Under the pieces are notes generated by a model, which was not told the DNA's origin, searched no databases, and saw nothing but the letters and a program-made list of their open reading frames with translations. A stretch of 64,000 nt of DNA from an uncultured archaeon (lineage in GTDB: Archaea > Aenigmatarchaeota > Aenigmatarchaeia > PWEA01 > JAGHBM01), in NCBI GenBank assembly GCA_964584335.1, contig CAZOZN010000001.1, forward strand, positions 179,882 through 243,881, read 5' to 3'. Of this stretch, positions 58,377 through 64,000 are shown one piece after another. Made by a program: the position numbers and the translations under genes. Each line of letters starts with the position of its first letter. The first letter of the stretch is position 1.

Positions 58377-59762
58377 ATGTTCCTGAAATCAATGATAAAG
58401 GAGGAGTGGAGGATACATTCTAGTCTTTTTGGTAATTTTTTGTTCGCTCTTTTTCCTTTTATGTTGCTTCTTTTTTCGTTTTTGGGCTCTTTTTTTGTAC
58501 CAATGTTTCTTTTTATTGTACCAGCAAAGACAATGGTGGTTTTAGCTCACTACATATTTCTTCTTTTCGGGGTTAGCGTGGGAGGATTTGGACTATTTGG
58601 CAGGGAGGCCATGAACAGAAGGTTTGGTCAGGCAAGCCTTATTGCTTATTCTTCAAGAAGCTTGCCTGTTTCTGAAAAGACCATATTTTTTTATTTTTTT
58701 GTAAAGGATGTAATTTTTTACTTCTTGCTTTGGATTTTCCCGATAATCGGGGGCATATTCATAGCGAATTCTTTCATTTCTTTGGGTATAAACATGCCTC
58801 TAATGACATTAACACTGACACATTCATTTCTTATAGGGCTTTCTGTTATTTTTCTTCTTTCAACTTTGTATGCTCACTCAAACAAAACGATGGTTTTGTT
58901 TTTTGTTTTTGTTGTTTTATTGGGAGCAGAAGCTTTAACCAGTAACTTGGTAATGGCTTTGCCTTCTCTTTCAGTTTTTTTCTATCCCAATATTACAAAT
59001 CTTTCCAAATCTCTTTTTTTCATAATAGTTCCTTCTGCTGTTTCTCTTGTTTTTCTAAAAATTGATTATCCACAGAGAGAAAGGCACTTTAAAAATTCTC
59101 TAGGGTCTCTTTCAAAAAAAATAGGCGGCAAGTATTCCCAGTTTGTTGCAAAAGATTTTCTTGATTTGAAGAGAAGCGAAGGCGGTCTTGGAAAAATAAT
59201 ATTTTCTTTCCTCTTTCCGCTTATGATACTGTGGGTTATACTTTTTGTTTTCTTGAAATTTTTGCCGGGTTCAAACATACTTGTTTTGTTCGCAATATTT
59301 CTAGGAATAATTTCTTCTTCTGTTTATAACTGGCTTACAGAATTCGATCTTTTTTCTACTTACGGCTTTCTTCCTATAAAAGTATCTTCTGTTATAAAAA
59401 GCAAGCTTATCAGTTTTTTACTGATAAATTTAATATCTTTTGTTATATTGTTTTTTGTTACTATAACCACAGCACAGTATATGTTTTTTCTTCCTGCCGT
59501 ACAAACTTTCCTCACAACCTCTCTTTATGCGCTTTCAATAATAATCTACTTGACAGGTCTTCATCCAAACAAGATGCTTTACAGCGCAAAAACATTCGCT
59601 CTTTACATATTTTTGATAGCTCCTGTTCTTTTGGTAATGATTTTTGTTTCCGTTTTTAACCCGTTTTTGCTTGCATTAAGTCCGGTTCTTATGATACCCT
59701 CTCTAAAGATAATAGAAATTTCTTTTGACAAGTGGAACAGCAGAGAAAGCCAGAATTTTTAG
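58377..59762 (+). CDS. ABC transporter permease
   Basis: ~12 TM in two repeats, directly after the ATPase; LPVS/LPIK motifs. Confidence 0.8.
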   Translation: MFLKSMIKEEWRIHSSLFGNFLFALFPFMLLLFSFLGSFFVPMFLFIVPAKTMVVLAHYIFLLFGVSVGGFGLFGREAMNRRFGQASLIAYSSRSLPVSEKTIFFYFFVKDVIFYFLLWIFPIIGGIFIANSFISLGINMPLMTLTLTHSFLIGLSVIFLLSTLYAHSNKTMVLFFVFVVLLGAEALTSNLVMALPSLSVFFYPNITNLSKSLFFIIVPSAVSLVFLKIDYPQRERHFKNSLGSLSKKIGGKYSQFVAKDFLDLKRSEGGLGKIIFSFLFPLMILWVILFVFLKFLPGSNILVLFAIFLGIISSSVYNWLTEFDLFSTYGFLPIKVSSVIKSKLISFLLINLISFVILFFVTITTAQYMFFLPAVQTFLTTSLYALSIIIYLTGLHPNKMLYSAKTFALYIFLIAPVLLVMIFVSVFNPFLLALSPVLMIPSLKIIEISFDKWNSRESQNF

Positions 59763-60253
59763 ATTTTTTCCATTTTTTTAAGAAGTTCTGATGCAATTTT
59801 TTTGTTCTTTTCGTTAGATTTTATGAATGCGATTCCCTTTTCAGGTATTCCGTAAATTATTGTTGTTTTCTTCTCTGAAAGATAAACACAAGGAAAAACA
59901 GAAAGGTCTTCTTCACCATCGACCTCTATTTTTGTTTTTTTGTTGCTTTTAAGGCTTTTGTTTACGGAATACCAGAGCTCGTCTGATATTGTACCCGGTG
60001 GGTTTTTTACCTTTATTGTTTCTTCTCCTATTTTTTTTATCTTCTCTTTTTCACTTTCCTGTATTTCTCCCCTTCTTGTTTTGTAATCGACTATGCAAAT
60101 CTTTGGCTCTATTCCATATTTGTCAAGAGTAAGAGTTACCATATCCCCTACTGATATTATTTCTTCTTTTATTTTTTTCAAGTCTTTTTCTTCTATATAC
60201 CCGTCTACGGGATTTTTTAGTTCTTTTCTTATCTCTTCTGGTATTTTGTACAT
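59759..60253 (-). CDS. GTP-dependent dephospho-CoA kinase (DUF359)
   Basis: ISVGD-VT, IVDYKTRR, V-NPPGTI, V-GEEDL, YG-P--G. Confidence 0.9.
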   Translation of the reverse strand: MYKIPEEIRKELKNPVDGYIEEKDLKKIKEEIISVGDMVTLTLDKYGIEPKICIVDYKTRRGEIQESEKEKIKKIGEETIKVKNPPGTISDELWYSVNKSLKSNKKTKIEVDGEEDLSVFPCVYLSEKKTTIIYGIPEKGIAFIKSNEKNKKIASELLKKMEKI

Positions 60254-60315
60254 TGTATCATAAAAATATGGTAAAAATGTTTTTAAATAATAAATACAAA
60301 ATTTTATTGGATATT

Positions 60316-61038
60316 ATGGGTATAGCATTCCAGAATATTTTTGAGCTATTGAGAATGATTGCTTCTTTAGTGCCAATACTTTTGCCGTTTTTTATACCTT
60401 ATCTTATAAACGAGATAAAACTGATAAGAAAGAGGTTCAGGTTTATAGTTTCTTATCCCAAGATAAAGAAAATATTGGCAAGCGTTGAGGATTATGATAA
60501 CACCTTCAAGAAGTATCTGGTTTTGTTTTCTGTAATTTTTGTTTCTATCTCTTTTATATTTACAATAATACTTAACTTCAATTATTCAATTCTGGGATTT
60601 CCGATTACAATAACAATTTTCTCAATACCTTTGTTTATAATATTTACGGGTTTTCTTTCCGTCGGCCCAAACGAGAATTTGGTTTATTCTTATGAGATTT
60701 TCAGGGGTTTTGTGTATTCTGTGATGATTACAGGGATATTCACTGCAAGGATTTTCATAAACGAGAGCCCTCTTCTCGTAATGCTTGTGTGCCTTTTTTA
60801 TCTACCTGCATTTTTTGACTACTTTGGTTGCCTTCAGATAAGACAATTCAAAAGAAATAAAATAAAAGAGAAATTAAAGAGAAACAACTACAAAAATTCA
60901 CCGAAGATAACAGTATTTACTACAAAGGAAGTTTCGGGCAAGATAAAGGATTTGTTTGACGAAGATTTTCTAATTTTGAGGAAAGGCAGCAAAGATATAG
61001 TTATAATGTGGAAGGAAATAAAGTGGATAAAGATTTAA
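60316..61038 (+). CDS. Membrane protein, hypothetical
   Basis: Several hydrophobic helices then a short beta-rich basic C-terminus. Confidence 0.65.
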   Translation: MGIAFQNIFELLRMIASLVPILLPFFIPYLINEIKLIRKRFRFIVSYPKIKKILASVEDYDNTFKKYLVLFSVIFVSISFIFTIILNFNYSILGFPITITIFSIPLFIIFTGFLSVGPNENLVYSYEIFRGFVYSVMITGIFTARIFINESPLLVMLVCLFYLPAFFDYFGCLQIRQFKRNKIKEKLKRNNYKNSPKITVFTTKEVSGKIKDLFDEDFLILRKGSKDIVIMWKEIKWIKI

Positions 61039-61115
61039 TCCGTAATAAAGAGTTCTTCTATTTTTGCTTTCAAGGATTTTCTACATCACGGTCGGTTAAA
61101 AAATAAAAAAATAAG

Positions 61116-61559
61116 TCAGGGATTGTTTCCGCCCTGGTTGCCACCTTGTCCGCTGCCTTGGCCTCCAGAATCTCCATTTCCTCCCTGGTTTTCATTTTGA
61201 CCCTGTCCTTGTTCTGGATTACCTTCTCTTTGTCTGTTTCTTTCTCTTATTTTTTGTGCTTCCTGCTGGTGTTCGCGTACTCTTTCTCTTAATCTCAATC
61301 TTTGTATAAGCCCTTCCTCGCCTTTTCCTTCCAAGTATCCAATCTCGGCCTGCCTTCTTAGTGCCAGTTCCTCGTGAAACTCGGGGTCTCCTCCTCTAAA
61401 CATTCCCTGGAAACCTTCTGACCATCCCTGAAAGAAATAAAATGGGCTGTCGGGTGCTATTCCCATTGCCTGATTTTGTTGCTGGTTTTGGGCCTGAACC
61501 ATCGGAGTTATGGTTATTGCTAAGGACAAAAAGATTCCTAAAATTAGACTTTTTTTCAT
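61116..61559 (-). CDS. Secreted DUF5667-like protein with Gln/Gly tail
   Basis: Signal peptide; GIAPDSPFYFF...ELA-RR-AE. Confidence 0.72.
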   Translation of the reverse strand: MKKSLILGIFLSLAITITPMVQAQNQQQNQAMGIAPDSPFYFFQGWSEGFQGMFRGGDPEFHEELALRRQAEIGYLEGKGEEGLIQRLRLRERVREHQQEAQKIRERNRQREGNPEQGQGQNENQGGNGDSGGQGSGQGGNQGGNNP

Positions 61560-61745
61560 TTTATTTCACCTGTTTTTTTTTGTTTTTTCTTTCTTTTAAA
61601 TGTTTTACAGTTTGTTAGCATTAAAAAATAAAAGTTAAAACCAAAAAAGCTCCTGCTAATGTAATGTATGTCCCCGAAAATTCGCTCCCAACAAGAAATC
61701 CTAATCCTATTCCACCTAATATTCTATAGGAATTTTTTTATCCAT
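61556..61745 (-). pseudogene. Doubly frameshifted small 2-TM protein
   Basis: Adding one base at an A7 tract and one at a T6 tract gives MDKKNSYRILGGIGLGFLVG...LVLTFIFLMLTNCKTFKRKK..., filling the gap between co-oriented genes and ending in an ATGA overlap. Confidence 0.45.
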
Positions 61746-61749
61746 TTAA

Positions 61750-62064
61750 TCACTTTTTCTTTTTTCTCTTTCTTGGTTTCTTAATCTTAATTTTTTTGTT
61801 CTGCGGCCACTCGTTTCTGTGAGACAAACCGGCAGCCATGTATACGACACCAAGCCCGGTTAGACCCATGAAACCGTAATTCTCTGTTGCTATGCCTATA
61901 ACTCCTAAAGGCATGAAGCACATTCCCATCACGAAGAGTGTGTAATAGTTAATTTCTTTTTTGGAGTTCTTTTTCTTTCCCATAGCTGATGATATGAAGA
62001 ATACAAGCGCAACAAAGGCTATTAGAATGCCGACAACAATAGCAGCCAGAGACATTTTAATCAA
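61750..62064 (-). CDS. Small 3-TM membrane protein with Lys tail
   Basis: NYYTLFVMG--F-PLG...LG-VY-AAGL----W. Confidence 0.7.
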   Translation of the reverse strand: MIKMSLAAIVVGILIAFVALVFFISSAMGKKKNSKKEINYYTLFVMGMCFMPLGVIGIATENYGFMGLTGLGVVYMAAGLSHRNEWPQNKKIKIKKPRKRKKKK

Positions 62065-62121
62065 GATTAATAGGCAGCTGTGACTTAAATAATTTTTAAA
62101 TCATTGTGACATAAAATAAAC

Positions 62122-62562
62122 ATGAACAAGATACTGCTTTTGGTTTTTGTTTTTGTACTGTCTTATCAGATTATTGTTATAGAAAACCTTGACGAATCTC
62201 AAATAGAGGAAAAAGTATTTGAGCTTGTTAACAAGGAAAGAGAGGGTGTTGGTTTGGGTGTTTTGGTAAGGGAGAACGGCATGGACGAAGTTGCAAAAAA
62301 GCACAGTGTTAAGATGAGAGATGGTTATTTTTTTGGACATAGTGAAACTGAAAGGGGCGAGAATATTTACCATTCCCCCATTTTAGGTTCTACTCGTTGT
62401 GGTTTTACTTTGTCTAATGATGACATTGCAAGATGTATGGTAAATGGATGGGTTGAGAGCCCTGTTCATTATTCGAATATAGTAAGCTCTGAGTTCTCTT
62501 ATACAGGAGTCGGTGTTTCCTGCAACTTCATAGAGTGTTTTGGCACACAGAATTTTGGTTAG
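62122..62562 (+). CDS. CAP (SCP) domain protein
   Basis: LVN-ER---GL--L, A-KHS--M----FF-H, GENI, W--SP-H--NI, GVGV, TQNF. Confidence 0.9.
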   Translation: MNKILLLVFVFVLSYQIIVIENLDESQIEEKVFELVNKEREGVGLGVLVRENGMDEVAKKHSVKMRDGYFFGHSETERGENIYHSPILGSTRCGFTLSNDDIARCMVNGWVESPVHYSNIVSSEFSYTGVGVSCNFIECFGTQNFG

Positions 62563-62600
62563 AAGTTTATTTTATTAATTATTAAATCAAAATAATCCAC

Positions 62601-62951
62601 ATGGGAAGTACAATATCAGAGAAAAAAATAAAATATGAAAGATTTAGGCACCATGCGTGGGCAGGTTTGGGTTTTTTGTCAGTTTTCCTTTCGGTTAGGT
62701 ATTTTGTTTCTTTTCCCGATTCAATATTCTTGCCAATATTGTCTTTTATATTGGTCTATGTTGTTTTTTCCCTCTTACTTACTTACAGATACAGGAGCGA
62801 TTCCGGTGATATAAGTCCCCACCTGCACGAGATAAAGAAGAGCATGGAAAGCCACAACAAGGAAAAAAAGAAAGTTGCAAAATCAAAGTTAAAGTCAAAG
62901 AAAAAGAAGTCAAAATCAAAAGCTAAAAAGAAGAAGAAAACCAGTAAATAG
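62601..62951 (+). CDS. Small 2-TM protein with poly-Lys tail
   Basis: Two hydrophobic helices; tail KKVAKSKLKSKKKKSKSKAKKKKK. Confidence 0.7.
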   Translation: MGSTISEKKIKYERFRHHAWAGLGFLSVFLSVRYFVSFPDSIFLPILSFILVYVVFSLLLTYRYRSDSGDISPHLHEIKKSMESHNKEKKKVAKSKLKSKKKKSKSKAKKKKKTSK

Positions 62952-62989
62952 TTTTAATTATTTATAATATTCTCGGCCTAAAATGTGTT

Positions 62990-64000
62990 ATGGCGACATA
63001 TTCTAATTCAAAGATTTCAACTTTTTACCAGTGTCCGTATAAGTATAAACTCCAGTATATAGACAAGATAAAAGTCGACATACCCGATACAATAGAGACT
63101 TATATGGGAAGGTTGGTTCATGATGCTCTTGAAAAACTTTACAGGGATTTGAAACATAGCAAGCTCAGCTCCAAGGAAGAAATAATAAAGTATTTCGAGG
63201 ATGAATGGGATAAGAACTGGTGCGACAGGATTGTGGTAGTTAAGAAAGAGTATACTCCTGAGAACTACAAGGAGATGGGAAAGAATTTTATTTCTAATTA
63301 TTATGACCATTACAAGCCCTTTAACCATCTCAAGACACTCGGCCTGGAAACCCAGGATTTTCTTGATTTAGAGGATGGTAACAAGTATCATATAAGGATA
63401 GACCGTCTTGCTATGGATGAGAATGGAAATTATTATGTATGTGACTATAAGACAGGAGGCAGATTGCTTACCCAGTATCAGCTGAACAGGGACAAGCAGC
63501 TTGCCATGTACTCTCTTTGGGTAAGGAAAAACTATCCTGATGCAAAAGACGTAAAGCTTGTTTGGTATTTCTTGGCTTTTGACAAGAAAATGGAATCCAG
63601 CAGAACTGAATCACAGCTCAGTGAATTAAAGAAGGAAATAGAAAACATGATAAAACAAATTGAAAATACTGACAATTTCCCGACTAACAAGTCCGTGCTG
63701 TGTTCCTGGTGCAAGTACAGGCAGTTCTGTCCCCATTTCAAGCACGAATATGAGATTGAGAATAATAAAAAGAAATTCAAGGAAGATGATGGTGTTAAGC
63801 TTGTTGATAAATATTCGGAGCTTTCCGAAAAAGAGAAAAAGATAAAAAGTGAAAAAGAAGAAATCAAGCAGAAAATTATTGATTTTTCCAAGCAAAAAAA
63901 CGTTTGCTCGTTGTGCGGCACCAACAATAAGGCCTCTGTAAGCTCTTACAGCACTCTAAGCTATCCAAAAACCAAGCATTTTGTAAATTTGCTAAAGGAG
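62990..64000 (+). CDS. PD-(D/E)XK RecB-family nuclease with Cys cluster, runs off window
   Basis: Not in ORF track. Manual translation: MATYSNSKISTFYQCPYKYKLQYIDK...G-LVH-ALE...IDRL...DYKTG...QLAMY...LCSWC-Y---CP. Confidence 0.88.
   Translation, partial: MATYSNSKISTFYQCPYKYKLQYIDKIKVDIPDTIETYMGRLVHDALEKLYRDLKHSKLSSKEEIIKYFEDEWDKNWCDRIVVVKKEYTPENYKEMGKNFISNYYDHYKPFNHLKTLGLETQDFLDLEDGNKYHIRIDRLAMDENGNYYVCDYKTGGRLLTQYQLNRDKQLAMYSLWVRKNYPDAKDVKLVWYFLAFDKKMESSRTESQLSELKKEIENMIKQIENTDNFPTNKSVLCSWCKYRQFCPHFKHEYEIENNKKKFKEDDGVKLVDKYSELSEKEKKIKSEKEEIKQKIIDFSKQKNVCSLCGTNNKASVSSYSTLSYPKTKHFVNLLKE

Noticed and set aside
62990-64000. Cas4/CRISPR system
   Set aside because: The nuclease has RecB/Cas4-like motifs, but no repeat-spacer array or other cas gene is in the window; treated as a stand-alone PD-(D/E)XK nuclease. 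Downstream context is not visible.
42420-64000. Integrative element or provirus at tRNA-Gly
   Set aside because: No integrase and no duplicated tRNA 3' end (att site) found by eye; only composition and position suggest an island.

Overview
Archaeal chromosomal DNA. Archaeal origin is shown by TATA-box promoters, GGTGA/GGGGG RBSs, two tRNAs with BHB-type introns, FEN1 and form III RuBisCO. The gene content suggests a DPANN/Aenigmarchaeota-like lineage, which is an inference. Layout: (1) 1-9 kb has the end of gltX and a complete AMP (pentose bisphosphate) pathway: AMP phosphorylase, RuBisCO and R15P isomerase, among transporters. (2) 9-34 kb is a ~25 kb block of secreted and surface proteins, including three giants of about 1500, 2200 and 2770 aa; several share a TGxF..SP + TM C-terminal motif. 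(3) 35-42 kb has FEN1, a tetraether synthase (Tes)-like radical SAM enzyme lacking its N-terminal auxiliary-cluster cysteines, tRNA-Trp with a C/D-guide-containing intron, a nucleotide-salvage-like operon and tRNA-Gly. (4) 42.4-46.8 kb is an AT-rich block just after tRNA-Gly that looks like an undescribed RiPP cluster. It has a 37-aa precursor-like ORF missed by the ORF track (core SWINSYMCSA), a SPASM radical SAM enzyme, a B12-dependent radical SAM enzyme and an amidohydrolase, with an adjacent alpha/beta hydrolase. This is the best candidate for a new system. (5) 47-64 kb is accessory small genes ending in a RecB-like nuclease that runs off the window. Family calls come from motif recognition only; no searches were run.
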